From: Halogeometricum borinquense DSM 11551
GTDB lineage: Archaea; Halobacteriota; Halobacteria; Halobacteriales; Haloferacaceae
DNA length: 32,000 bases
Assembly (NCBI RefSeq): GCF_000172995.2
Contig: NC_014729.1
Coordinates: 1,020,001-1,052,000, forward strand
Direction: 5' to 3'
In this document: positions 16,740-25,972 of the stretch, one piece after another
Layout of the letters: each line of letters starts with the position of its first letter
How positions within the stretch are numbered: the stretch's first letter is position 1
The notes under the pieces: generated by a model
The model's input: only the letters and a program-made list of their open reading frames with translations
Told to the model about the DNA's origin: nothing
Databases searched by the model: none
Translations under genes and position numbers: made by a program

Positions 16740-17285
16740 ATGATGTATCAGCGTATTCTCGTTCCGACTGACGGGTCGCCGGGGTCCGAACGCGTCCTCG
16801 AACACGCCGTCGAACTCGCGTCGGTCCACGGTGCGACCGTTCACGCGCTGTACGTCATCAACAGCGGAAGCTTCGCCGGGCTTCCGATGGAATCTTCGTG
16901 GGAAGGGCTCGATGAGATGCTCCACGAGGATGCCGAGGCAGCGATAGCGGACGTTCGGGCAATCGCAGAGCGCTCGAACGTCCAAGTCGAGACATCCATC
17001 GTGGAGGGGACACCCAGTCGAGAGATCGTTCGCCTCGCAGAGCGCGGTGGCTGTGACCTCATCGTGATGGGAACGCACGGGCGCGGTGGTATCGACAGAC
17101 TCCTCCTCGGGAGCGTCGCCGAGAAAGTCGTCCGCGCGTCGAAGGTTCCGGTTCTCACGGTTCGCGTTGGCGAGGAAGACACGGAGAGCGAAAACGAAAC
17201 TGAGGCGGAATCGAAGGCTAACTCCGAAACCAACTCCGATGTGGGGTCGGACGGTGAGACGGAGACGGGAGTCGGTGCAGACTAG
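16740..17285 (+). CDS. Universal stress protein (UspA family) with an acidic low-complexity C-terminal tail
   Basis: MMYQRILVPTDGS...ATVHALYV...DLIVMGTHGRGG..R.LLGSVAEKVVR...VPVLTV is the canonical Usp pattern. I prefer the start at ATG 16740 over GTG 16692. Confidence 0.85.
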   Translation: MMYQRILVPTDGSPGSERVLEHAVELASVHGATVHALYVINSGSFAGLPMESSWEGLDEMLHEDAEAAIADVRAIAERSNVQVETSIVEGTPSREIVRLAERGGCDLIVMGTHGRGGIDRLLLGSVAEKVVRASKVPVLTVRVGEEDTESENETEAESKANSETNSDVGSDGETETGVGAD

Positions 17286-18238
17286 TTCTCAGCGTCCGCA
17301 GGACGGAGATGCTCGCAGTCGCCCGCGTGAACGACGCGTTCGCCGTCTTCAGTTTGAATGACGAGCGCGCCGGGCACCTGTACGTCAACGGCTTCGCCTT
17401 CTACGACGCCGCTCTGTGTCTCGACGCGAACGTACTGTCCCAACGTCGCCGCGTAGTCACGCCACGCCGACAGGATGGCGTCCGGATCGTCGGTCAACTC
17501 GTCGAACGTCTCTAAGATACGCTGGACGAACACCCGTCGGTCCACATCGCCCGCTTCGTCACGGACGCTCGTCGCACCCGGCGGGAGCGTGTCCGAATCG
17601 ACATTTGCGTTGACGCCGATGCCGACGACGACCCACGACACGCGGTCGGCCTCGCCCTCCATCTCGGTGAGGATTCCGGCGAGTTTGCGGCCGCCGCGGT
17701 CAGTGTCGTCGTCGGAGACGACCAGCACATCGTTCGGCCACTTTATCGATGCGTCCACACCCGCCTCGCGCGCCGCACGCGTGACAGCGACGGCGGCCGC
17801 GAGCGTGTACAGCGGTGCGTGCGCCGGTGGAATTTCGGGGCGGAGGACGAGGCTCATCCAGACGCCGCCTTCGGGCGCGGTCCACTCACGTTTGAGGCGA
17901 CCTCGACTGCCGGTCTGTTCGGCGGCGATAACGACCACATCAGATGCGTCCGCCGCGGCGAGTTCGCGCCCGCGGTCGTTGGTACTCCCGATTTCGTCGT
18001 GAAACTCGATCTCGAAGGAGGCGTCGAGACCGAACTCGACCGCCGCCGCGCCGTACTCGGGCACACCGGTCACGCGGTAACCGTCGTTCCCGCTTTCGAT
18101 CTCGAAGCCATCCTCGCGGAGGGCTTCCACCTGTTTCCAGATGGCGGCGCGGGAGACGCCGAGTCGGTCTGCGAGTTCCGGTCCGGGTATGGGGCCGTCG
18201 TCGAAGGCGCGGAGGAGGGCGCGTCGCGTCTCGTTCAT
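17282..18238 (-). CDS. birA: Biotin--[acetyl-CoA-carboxylase] ligase with an N-terminal winged-HTH (bifunctional BirA type)
   Basis: The N-terminal HTH reads [24 protein letters not shown]. The ligase motif [10 protein letters not shown] (GRGRxGRxW type) and KWPND are present. I prefer the start at MNETRRALL (18238). Confidence 0.85.
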   Translation of the reverse strand: MNETRRALLRAFDDGPIPGPELADRLGVSRAAIWKQVEALREDGFEIESGNDGYRVTGVPEYGAAAVEFGLDASFEIEFHDEIGSTNDRGRELAAADASDVVVIAAEQTGSRGRLKREWTAPEGGVWMSLVLRPEIPPAHAPLYTLAAAVAVTRAAREAGVDASIKWPNDVLVVSDDDTDRGGRKLAGILTEMEGEADRVSWVVVGIGVNANVDSDTLPPGATSVRDEAGDVDRRVFVQRILETFDELTDDPDAILSAWRDYAATLGQYVRVETQSGVVEGEAVDVQVPGALVIQTEDGERVVHAGDCEHLRPADAEN

Positions 18239-18316
18239 ATCGGAGGTCTGTCCGAGGAAGGCAAGAAATGCGCGGTTCTGCACGCAAGACCGAAGTCGTC
18301 GGGCGACGAGACTGAG

Positions 18317-18874
18317 ATGATGCCCTCCGAGAAAGAAAAGATGCTTGCCGGGGACCGCTACGACCCGACAGATCCGACGCTGGCAGAGGAACGACTCGCC
18401 GCTCGACGACTGACGCGCGAGTACAACGCCACATGGGAAGGAGAGGACGAGCGCCGCGAGGCCATCCTTCGGGAGTTACTCGGCTCCGTCGGTGAGAACC
18501 CGGAGATCGAACCACCGTTCAACTGCGACTACGGCTACAACATCCACGTCGGTGACGATTTCTTCGCCAACTTCGACTGCGTGATACTCGATGTCTGCCG
18601 CGTGGAGTTCGGAGACGACTGTATGCTCGCACCGGGTGTCCACGTCTACACCGCGACACATCCGCTGGATGCCGCAGAACGCACCTCGGGCAAGGAGTAC
18701 GGCAAACCTGTCACTGTCGGCGACCGCGTGTGGATCGGCGGAAACGCCGTTCTCAACCCCGGCGTAACCGTCGGCGACGATAGCGTGGTTGCTTCGGGTG
18801 CCGTCGTCACCGAGGACGTGCCGAGCGAAGTCGTCGTGCAGGGGAACCCTGCGAAAATCGTCAAAGAACTGTAG
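18317..18874 (+). CDS. Sugar O-acetyltransferase (maltose/galactoside acetyltransferase family, left-handed beta-helix)
   Basis: [23 protein letters not shown]...R.L...N is the typical Mac N-terminal domain, followed by hexapeptide repeats ([27 protein letters not shown]). The upstream part of ORF 17819.. overlaps birA and is not coding. Confidence 0.85.
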   Translation: MMPSEKEKMLAGDRYDPTDPTLAEERLAARRLTREYNATWEGEDERREAILRELLGSVGENPEIEPPFNCDYGYNIHVGDDFFANFDCVILDVCRVEFGDDCMLAPGVHVYTATHPLDAAERTSGKEYGKPVTVGDRVWIGGNAVLNPGVTVGDDSVVASGAVVTEDVPSEVVVQGNPAKIVKEL

Positions 18875-18880
18875 CGGATA

Positions 18881-18909
18881 CGTTCGGAGTGAGACGACCT
18901 CTCCGAACG
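18881..18909. terminator. Hairpin between convergent genes (9-bp perfect stem CGTTCGGAG / CTCCGAACG, 11-nt loop)
   Basis: Read directly from the sequence. It lies in the 54-bp spacer between the acetyltransferase stop (18874) and the pccA stop (18929). Confidence 0.45.
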
Positions 18910-18928
18910 GAGTACCGCGGCTGCGCGT

Positions 18929-20722
18929 CTATTCGAGGACGACCAGCACGTCGCCCATATCGACGCTATCGCCTTCGCCGACGAGGATCTGCGAGACGGT
19001 GCCGCCGCGTTCGGCGACCACGTCGTTCTCCATCTTCATCGCTTCGAGGACGCACACCACATCGCCGGAGGCGACTTCGTCGCCCTCCTCGACATCGACG
19101 GAGAGGATAGTACCTTGCATCTCGGCGGCGATCTGTTCGCCGTCGCCTTCGATGACGACTTCCTCTTCTTCGTCGGACTCGGCAACGTCGGGGCGGGACC
19201 GCGTGGAACCACTACTGCCGCCCGCGGGAGTCGGAATCGCGGGTGCGCCGCGTTCTTCGAGGCTGACCTCGAAGCGCTTGCCGTTCACTTCGACGGTGAA
19301 GTCACGTTCTGTGACCTCTTCTTCCTCGTCGTCGCCGGATTCGGCAAGCCCCCACTTCTCGACGGCCTGTTCGATGCGCGAGGTGTCCAGTTCTTCGTCA
19401 AGGTACTTCGTCGTGTGTTCGCCCGCCCGGAACGTCTCGTCGGTGAGCATCAGTCGGTGGAACGGGATGATGGTGTGGAAGCCATCGATGTCGAACTCTT
19501 CGAGGGCGCGTTCGGAGCGGATAATACATTCCTCTCTGTCGCCCGCGGTGACGATGAGTTTCGCGATCATCGAGTCGTAGTCCGTCACCAAGTCGTCACC
19601 CTGTCGGAGCGCATCGTCCATGCGGACGCCGATACCGCCCGGCGGATCGTACGTCTCCAGTGTGCCGCCAGTCGCCGGGGCGAAGTCGTTTGCGGCGTTT
19701 TCGGCGTTGATGCGGAACTCCATCGAGTGGCCGTCGATCTCCACGTCGTCCTGCGAGAAGGCCAGTTCCTCGCCGGCGGCGACGCGTAGTTGCCATTTCA
19801 CCACGTCGATTCCGGTCACCTGCTCGGTGACGGTGTGTTCGACCTGAATCCGGGTGTTGACCTCCATGAAGTAGAACTCGCCGTCCTCGACGAGGAACTC
19901 CACCGTCCCGGCGTTCGTGTAGTCTGCGGCATCGACACCGCGGCGGGCCGCCTCGCCGATGCGTTCGCGCAGGTCGTCGTCAAGTGCGGGCGAGGGGGCC
20001 TCCTCGATGACCTTCTGGTGGCGGCGCTGGAGGGAACAGTCACGCTCACCGAGATGCCGGACGTTGCCGTGTTTGTCGGCGAGAATCTGGACTTCGATGT
20101 GTCGCGGCGCTTCGAGGTACTTTTCGACGTAGACGGAGGCGTTGTCGAAGTACGCCTCACCCTCACGCTGTGCGGTTTCGAGTTGGTCTTCGACTTCGTC
20201 CTCGTTGTGGACGACTTTCAGACCGCGGCCGCCACCGCCACCTTCGGCCTTGATCGCGACGGGGTAGCCGTACTCGTCCGCAATTTCCTTTACCTCCTCG
20301 GCAGACTCGACGGGTTCAGTCGTCCCCGGAACGACCGGCACGTCGGCTTTCTGCATCAGGGCGCGTGCTTTCGTCTTCTCACCGAGACGTTCCATGGCGG
20401 CGGCGGAGGGACCGACCCACGTCATCTCCGACTCCTCGACTTTGGCGGCGAACTCGGCGTTCTCCGCGAGGAAGCCGTATCCGGGGTGGACGGCGTCGGC
20501 ACCGGCCTTCTCGCCCGCTTCGATGACTGCTTCGTGGTCCAGATAAGAGTCTGCGGCGCGGGCAGGACCAATGTTGTACGCCTCGTCGGCGTACCGCACG
20601 TGTCCGGAGTGCTTGTCAGCATCGCTGTAGACGGCGACGGTTCGAATGCCCAATTCCTTGCATGCCCGCATTACGCGGACAGCAATTTCACCGCGATTGG
20701 CGACGAGAACCTTACTGAACAT
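18929..20722 (-). CDS. pccA: Acyl-CoA (propionyl-/acetyl-CoA) carboxylase biotin carboxylase + biotin carboxyl carrier fusion (alpha subunit)
   Basis: 597 aa. It has the [25 protein letters not shown] biotin carboxylase N-terminus, an ATP-grasp core, and a C-terminal biotinyl domain with the EAMKMEN biotinylation motif. Confidence 0.92.
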   Translation of the reverse strand: MFSKVLVANRGEIAVRVMRACKELGIRTVAVYSDADKHSGHVRYADEAYNIGPARAADSYLDHEAVIEAGEKAGADAVHPGYGFLAENAEFAAKVEESEMTWVGPSAAAMERLGEKTKARALMQKADVPVVPGTTEPVESAEEVKEIADEYGYPVAIKAEGGGGGRGLKVVHNEDEVEDQLETAQREGEAYFDNASVYVEKYLEAPRHIEVQILADKHGNVRHLGERDCSLQRRHQKVIEEAPSPALDDDLRERIGEAARRGVDAADYTNAGTVEFLVEDGEFYFMEVNTRIQVEHTVTEQVTGIDVVKWQLRVAAGEELAFSQDDVEIDGHSMEFRINAENAANDFAPATGGTLETYDPPGGIGVRMDDALRQGDDLVTDYDSMIAKLIVTAGDREECIIRSERALEEFDIDGFHTIIPFHRLMLTDETFRAGEHTTKYLDEELDTSRIEQAVEKWGLAESGDDEEEEVTERDFTVEVNGKRFEVSLEERGAPAIPTPAGGSSGSTRSRPDVAESDEEEEVVIEGDGEQIAAEMQGTILSVDVEEGDEVASGDVVCVLEAMKMENDVVAERGGTVSQILVGEGDSVDMGDVLVVLE

Positions 20723-20781
20723 TTACCGAGTTATACCCGAAGACGGCACCTCATTCTATCGGTTCCGAAACGCGTGATAGG

Positions 20782-20797
20782 TTCGACAGATGTCGAA
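20782..20797. promoter_or_regulatory. Perfect palindrome TTCGACA-GA-TGTCGAA upstream of pccA; candidate operator
   Basis: 7+7 bp inverted repeat with a 2-nt GA spacer, 60-75 nt upstream of the pccA ATG (20722), in the pccA/asd divergent intergenic region. Confidence 0.3.
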
Positions 20798-20819
20798 TAG
20801 TAGAATCGGACGACTGGAC

Positions 20820-20838
20820 GAACGTCCCGCCGACGTTC
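20820..20838. promoter_or_regulatory. Perfect inverted repeat GAACGTC-CCGCC-GACGTTC in the pccA/asd intergenic region
   Basis: 7+7 bp with a 5-nt spacer, read directly from the sequence, followed immediately by TCGAACG. Confidence 0.3.
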
Positions 20839-20921
20839 TCGAACGCCGAATAATGTGAACATTCGTTAAATACGACCCGAATCCAAACGGCCTTATGGGT
20901 GTGCCACGGAAAAACACGGCA

Positions 20922-21956
20922 ATGACAGTACAAGTCGGTATCCTCGGCGCGACCGGTGCGGTCGGACAGCGATTCATTCAGCTCCTCGACGGACACCCGA
21001 CCTTCGAGCTCGCGGCGTTGACCGCGAGCGAAGCGAGCGCGGGCAAGACGTACGCGGAAGCGGCCAAGTGGCGCGTCAATACGCCCATTCCGGACGACGT
21101 GGCCGAGATGAAGGTCACCGCGACGACGCCCGAAGCGGTCCCGAACGACGTTGACTTGCTGTTCTCCTCGTTACCCTCTGGCGTCGCCACCGAAATCGAA
21201 CCCGAGTTCCTCCACGAGGGCTACGTCGTCTCCTCGAACTCATCGAACGACCGGATGGCCCCTGACGTTCCGCTGACCATCCCCGAAATCAACCCCGGTC
21301 ATCTGGACCTCATCGAGGTTCAGCGTGACGAGCGCGGCTGGGACGGCGCGCTCGTGAAGAACCCGAACTGTTCGACCATCACGATGGTGCCGACGCTGGC
21401 CGCCCTCGACCAGTTCGGTCTCGAATCGGTTCACGTCTCTACGCTGCAAGCCGTCTCCGGTGCGGGCTACTCCGGCGTCACGTCGATGGAAATTATCGAC
21501 AACGCCATCCCGCATATCGGTGGCGAGGAGAACAAGATGGAGACCGAATCCCGCAAACTCCTCGGGGAGTTCGATGGCACGGACGTGAGCCTCCACGAGA
21601 TGGATGTCGCCGCCTCCTGCAACCGCATCCCGACGCTCGACGGGCACTTGGAGAACGTGTTCGCCGAGACGGCAGAAGACGTGACGCCTGATGAGGCGGC
21701 CGAAGCGATGCGCGAGTACTCCGGCGTTGACCTTCACAGCGCACCCGACCAACTCATCCACGTCTTCGAAGATCCCGCGCGACCGCAACCCCGTCTGGAC
21801 CGCGAACGCGGCGACGGGATGCAGATCTGCGCGGGCGGCCTTCACGAGACGGCGAACGGCCTGAAGTACAACTGCCTCGCACACAACACGATTCGCGGCG
21901 CGGCCGGTGCCTCTCTCCTCAACGGCGAACTGCTCGTCGAAGAGGGCTGGGTGTAG
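20922..21956 (+). CDS. asd: Aspartate-semialdehyde dehydrogenase family protein
   Basis: MTVQVGILGATGAVGQRF..LL..HP.FEL is the NAD(P) fold, NPNCSTI carries the active-site Cys, and the C-terminus has NTIRGAAG. An alternative upstream ATG at 20895 would fit a leaderless start 23-29 nt after TTAAATA (20866-20872). Confidence 0.88.
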   Translation: MTVQVGILGATGAVGQRFIQLLDGHPTFELAALTASEASAGKTYAEAAKWRVNTPIPDDVAEMKVTATTPEAVPNDVDLLFSSLPSGVATEIEPEFLHEGYVVSSNSSNDRMAPDVPLTIPEINPGHLDLIEVQRDERGWDGALVKNPNCSTITMVPTLAALDQFGLESVHVSTLQAVSGAGYSGVTSMEIIDNAIPHIGGEENKMETESRKLLGEFDGTDVSLHEMDVAASCNRIPTLDGHLENVFAETAEDVTPDEAAEAMREYSGVDLHSAPDQLIHVFEDPARPQPRLDRERGDGMQICAGGLHETANGLKYNCLAHNTIRGAAGASLLNGELLVEEGWV

Positions 21957-21957
21957 G

Positions 21958-22926
21958 TTAGACGACCTGATTCTGCAGTTCCTCCTCGCCTGCCGACAAC
22001 CGCTCGACGTTCTCAGCGACGATGTCGGCCATTCGTTCCCAGTACTTCGGCGTGTGGCCGGAGTTGTGAGGCGTGATGAGAACGTTGTCGAAGGTCCACA
22101 GTTCGTGGTCGTCCGGCAGGGGCTCGGGGTCGGTCACGTCGAGGGCCGCACCGCGGATATCGTTGGTTCGGATAGCATCGAGAAGTGCGTCTGTGTCCAC
22201 GATGGGACCGCGACCGACGTTGACGAGGACGGCTTCGGGGGGCATCGACCGGAAGGCATCCGCGTCGATGAGTCCCCGCGTTGTCTCGGTGAGCGGACAA
22301 GCGACGACGACGTAATCCGACCGCGCGAGAGCGTCGTAGAAGGCTGCTTTGTCCTCGAATCCGACTACCTCGTCCGTCGGGCCACCTTTCTCGGGCGTGT
22401 ATCGGACGCCGATAGTTTCCACGCCGAACGGGTCGAGACGCTCTACGGTAGCTTTCCCAATCGCGCCGAGACCGAGAATCGCCACCGTCGAGCCCTGTAG
22501 TTCGTACGTCGGGTACGACCGCCACTCGTTGTGTTCGTTTCGTCGCCACGCGACGTGGAACCGCCGGGTGAAAGAGAGAATGCTTCCGATGACCTGTTCT
22601 GCGATGTTGGGACCGTGAACCCCCGCGGCGTTTGTGACGGCGATGTCGTGTTCCTCGAACGCCTCCAGCGGAAGATGTCCGGTTCCGGCGAAGACGCAGG
22701 CGAACAGGTCGAGATGCTCCGCGTGGGCGAGTGTGTTCTCGTCCAGCGTGAATCCGGTGGCGACGGAAGCACGTTTCAGCAGTTCGCGCTCCTCAACGGG
22801 CGTCCGTGCGAGGGCAACGGTCTGCTCCGGCAGTCGGTCTCGAAGCGTCTCCACGTATTCCTCGGCCGGCAGTCCGTGAATCTTCTGTCGAAGCACCGCA
22901 ACGTCCGGCGACTCGTGTGAACGCAT
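21958..22926 (-). CDS. D-isomer-specific 2-hydroxyacid dehydrogenase (NAD-binding)
   Basis: The G.TVAILGLGAIG NAD motif is present, along with ...VNVGRG..VD... and ...D.EPLP.DH.LW...NV..TPH, the typical D-2-HDH catalytic region. I prefer the start at MRSHES (22926). Confidence 0.85.
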   Translation of the reverse strand: MRSHESPDVAVLRQKIHGLPAEEYVETLRDRLPEQTVALARTPVEERELLKRASVATGFTLDENTLAHAEHLDLFACVFAGTGHLPLEAFEEHDIAVTNAAGVHGPNIAEQVIGSILSFTRRFHVAWRRNEHNEWRSYPTYELQGSTVAILGLGAIGKATVERLDPFGVETIGVRYTPEKGGPTDEVVGFEDKAAFYDALARSDYVVVACPLTETTRGLIDADAFRSMPPEAVLVNVGRGPIVDTDALLDAIRTNDIRGAALDVTDPEPLPDDHELWTFDNVLITPHNSGHTPKYWERMADIVAENVERLSAGEEELQNQVV

Positions 22927-23108
22927 TGTCCTCACGTTTCGAAAACGGCTACAAAGGTCCACCACATCCGACAACGAGTTCCGGTTCGCTTCGTCGGCCG
23001 CGATTCAGCGCCATGATCGGCCGGAGGGCTGGACGGTCGTTCTACTGTGAACACGGAGTGTTCGTCCGCGAACGCTTGACAGTCTCATCCCGTCACCAGT
23101 TCAGGGGG

Positions 23109-23115
23109 TTTAATA
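23109..23115 (+). promoter_or_regulatory. TATA box (TTTAATA) for the geranylgeranyl reductase-family gene
   Basis: Centred 28 nt upstream of the ATG at 23140. Confidence 0.45.
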
Positions 23116-23139
23116 CCGAACCGACGAAGGTGTAGCGAC

Positions 23140-24531
23140 ATGGAGCGATTCGACGTTGCAGTCGTCGGTGGCGGCCCCGCCGGGTCGGCCGCCGCACACG
23201 CCGCCGCGGAGTCGGGTGCATCGGCGGTGGTGTTGGAGAAAGGGGTACCGCGGGCGGACCGCCCCGACCGCCTCGGTCCCGACTCGACGGACGCCGCGGG
23301 GATTCTCGACTACTGGGTGGATATCATGGATATCCATCCCGACGAGATGCCCGACGACGTCGTCCTTTCGACGTTAGACCGGGCGGAGTTCATCGGCCCC
23401 AACGAGTCACTTATCCTCCGGGAGACCGGCTTTGACACTTCCTACGACCACTTCGGATTTTGCATGCACCGCGCGCGGTTCGACGACTTCCTCCGTAACC
23501 GCGCCGAGACGGCAGGTGCAGAGTACCGCGTGAACGTCTCCGTCCGCGACGTTGAGTCGGACCGCGACGGGTCGCCGCGGCACACCGTCCGCCTCGCCTC
23601 CGGTGAGGATATCGAGGCCGATTTCGTCGTCCTCGCTGATGGCCCGCAGCGACAAGTGACTAACAAGGTACTGGACCGGTTCCTCCCGTTCGACATCACC
23701 GACCGACTGGCGACGACGAAGGTGAACCACATCGCCTACCAAGAACACCGTCGCCTGCCCGAAGCGGTCGCCCGCGATGTCGAGGGTGCCATCAAGTTCT
23801 GGTGGGGATACATGCCCGGTCACACCGCTTACCCGTGGATCTTCCCGAACGACGACAACGTGGCTCGTATCGGCCTGACGATGCCCATCGGGATGGACCT
23901 CTCGGATATCGAGGCGCGCGAGAAGTACGAACTCCTCCGCGAGAGCGACGAGCGGATTCCGAACGGGAAAGAGTACATCCGACGCTTGCTCGAACAGGAG
24001 TACGGCGACGAGTACGATATCGAGGCGGACTTCCCCATCGTTGAGGGCCGAGGCAAATCGAAGGGGACGGAAACGTACGCTATCTCCTCGACACGGCCCA
24101 TCGACTCCCCGACTGACGTGGGGATCGCCGTCACCGGCGGTGCGATGGGTGCCACCTCGGCGTTCCACGAGGGCGGCGACCACGTCGCCGTTCGGACCGG
24201 TGCCATCGCAGGCGAACTCGCCGCTTCCGGCGACCTCTCGACGTACAACGACCGCTGGAAAGCTGCCATCGGCGACGAAGTGCGCCGAAACGTCGCCTTC
24301 GCGGATGTCGTCCGCGGCTACGGTCCCGACGACTGGGACCGCGGCTTCGCCGCCGCACGGAAGATGATGGAAAGTTCCTCGGACAAACTGTTCGACCTGA
24401 ACATGGGTACCGTCCGTGCGGGCCTGTCGGTCGGACGCGTGGCCACGCAGTACAAGAAAGCGAAGTACAAGTCCCGCAGCGACAAGTACGTCCAGTTGTC
24501 CGAAGACGAGTACGCGTACGCCGATTCGTAA
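23140..24531 (+). CDS. Geranylgeranyl reductase family FAD-dependent oxidoreductase (digeranylgeranylglycerophospholipid reductase-like)
   Basis: 463 aa. It has the FDVAVVGGGPAGSAAAHAAAESG dinucleotide-binding motif, the ...FVVLADGP.. and ...YPWIFP.... blocks typical of archaeal GGR, and a Lys-rich C-terminal extension. Confidence 0.82.
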   Translation: MERFDVAVVGGGPAGSAAAHAAAESGASAVVLEKGVPRADRPDRLGPDSTDAAGILDYWVDIMDIHPDEMPDDVVLSTLDRAEFIGPNESLILRETGFDTSYDHFGFCMHRARFDDFLRNRAETAGAEYRVNVSVRDVESDRDGSPRHTVRLASGEDIEADFVVLADGPQRQVTNKVLDRFLPFDITDRLATTKVNHIAYQEHRRLPEAVARDVEGAIKFWWGYMPGHTAYPWIFPNDDNVARIGLTMPIGMDLSDIEAREKYELLRESDERIPNGKEYIRRLLEQEYGDEYDIEADFPIVEGRGKSKGTETYAISSTRPIDSPTDVGIAVTGGAMGATSAFHEGGDHVAVRTGAIAGELAASGDLSTYNDRWKAAIGDEVRRNVAFADVVRGYGPDDWDRGFAAARKMMESSSDKLFDLNMGTVRAGLSVGRVATQYKKAKYKSRSDKYVQLSEDEYAYADS

Positions 24532-24792
24532 GCCGACAGCGGTCTGTGACGAGTCGGAACCGCCTTTATCGTGGACGCGCTACGTCCTTCTGCACACCAT
24601 TAGTCCCCGCCCGAGTGATCCCACTACGGGAGCGATGAACTGGCGGAGAACCCAGGTGTGCGACATCACGGAAGTCCGCGCCGCAAAGACGGGCCGCCTG
24701 ACACGAGGGTTTCCCGGCCGACACGGCACGCCGCCACGGGATGACGCCGGTCGTTAGTGTCTCGGGCGACATTTCTGTATAAAACGCGTGAG

Positions 24793-25674
24793 CTACGAGT
24801 CGGACTCGGGTGCTCGAACGGTCAGTACGGGAATCGGCGACGTGCGAACGAGATAATCAGTGACGCTGCCTAGCAGATATCGGTCAAAGCCCGTTCGCCC
24901 GTGAGTGCCGACGACGACGAGGTCGATATCCTGTTCTTCGATATACGTGAGAATCGTTTGATGAATCGATGGTCCGTATTCGACCGCTTTCGAGGTTGGT
25001 TCCACGCCGGCGTCTGCCGCGAACGCCGCAGCGTCGTCAATCAGTTGCTGGGCGCTTTCCTCCAGCATCTCCATCTGAACATCCACACGGACATCGACTC
25101 CCAGCGCTGCGATGGCAATAGCGGAGAGAAGATGCAGTTCGGCTCCCTCGGCGTCTGCAACAGCAACGCCGACGGAGAGCGCTTGATTCGCACAGTTGCT
25201 CCCGTCGGTCGGAACGAGTACGTCCTGATACGGGTAGGTGATCGTCCCGTCGTCGTCGGGTCGAATCGTGAGTACGGGAACGTTTGCTCGACGGACAACT
25301 CGCTCGGTCGTGCTGCCGATCAGAAATCGTTCAAGCCCTTGCCGCCCGTGTGTTGGCATGACGACGAGATCGATCTCATGCGTTTCACTGTAGTCGATGA
25401 TCTCGCGGTACGGTTCTCCCGACGTTACCTCTGTGACGGTGTCTACATCACGTTGCTGGGCGTTATTTTCTGCCTCGCGAACAGTTCTCTCACCCTCCTG
25501 TACGAGTGTCTCAACATCGTCGTCCTGTCTCCGCAGGACGCTACTCTGTGTCGTATCTGCGACGTTGAGGAGATGTACTGTCGCGTTGTGACGGACTGCG
25601 AGATCTAAGACGTGATCGAAAGCGACCACTGCCCCGTTACTGCCGTCTGTGGGAAAGAGAATCTGTTCGAACAT
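24793..25674 (-). CDS. Tandem-domain universal stress protein (two UspA domains)
   Basis: Two repeats of the ILFPTDGS / VLVPTDGS ... THGR.G..R.L.GS......R....PVLT.R pattern. I prefer the start at MFEQILFPTDGS (25674). Confidence 0.85.
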   Translation of the reverse strand: MFEQILFPTDGSNGAVVAFDHVLDLAVRHNATVHLLNVADTTQSSVLRRQDDDVETLVQEGERTVREAENNAQQRDVDTVTEVTSGEPYREIIDYSETHEIDLVVMPTHGRQGLERFLIGSTTERVVRRANVPVLTIRPDDDGTITYPYQDVLVPTDGSNCANQALSVGVAVADAEGAELHLLSAIAIAALGVDVRVDVQMEMLEESAQQLIDDAAAFAADAGVEPTSKAVEYGPSIHQTILTYIEEQDIDLVVVGTHGRTGFDRYLLGSVTDYLVRTSPIPVLTVRAPESDS

Positions 25675-25696
25675 GGCCTCAATGACGGTCCGAAGA

Positions 25697-25706
25697 CAGA
25701 AAAAAC
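25697..25706 (-). promoter_or_regulatory. T-rich TATA-like element (GTTTTTTCTG on the minus strand) for the tandem usp gene
   Basis: Centred about 27 nt upstream of the ATG at 25674. Confidence 0.35.
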
Positions 25707-25972
25707 GGGAGTGGACTGGAATCTCGTTGGCTGACTGGAATGAACTGTGCAATTGCTATCCCGGGACTACGCAAGCGCTTTCATCCCGCACGTGGACACG
25801 TTCAAGTCCGCCATCAAATCGGCAGACTCGGATCTGCAGAGTTGCGGTGTGATCGTCCTCGGAAACGTCGGCATCGAACAGCTACAACGACAGGACGAGT
25901 TCATAGACGTAGCGTCACCGAGCCAAAACTCCGTTTTCTGGCTGACGGATAGTGAGCGACAGCAAACGCCGA

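Noticed and set aside
17819-18316. Upstream 166 codons of ORF 17819..18874
   Set aside because: This part overlaps birA on the opposite strand and has no acetyltransferase similarity. The Mac-type N-terminus begins at [10 protein letters not shown] (18317).
24532-24792. Possible RNase P RNA (ACGGAAGUCCGCGCC resembles the CR-I GGAAAGUCC motif) or SRP/7S RNA
   Set aside because: The spacer is only 261 nt, while haloarchaeal RNase P RNA is considerably longer. The other conserved regions are not visible: the P4 3' strand for RNase P RNA, and the SRP helix-8 GGAAG-GGAGCA motif. It is kept only as an unclassified ncRNA candidate.
25767-25972. C-terminal ~70 codons of the long ORF 25767..27086
   Set aside because: This is out-of-frame read-through after the frameshift in the monooxygenase gene (Arg/Ser/Cys-rich). 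The authentic C-terminus is in the frame that ends at 25973.
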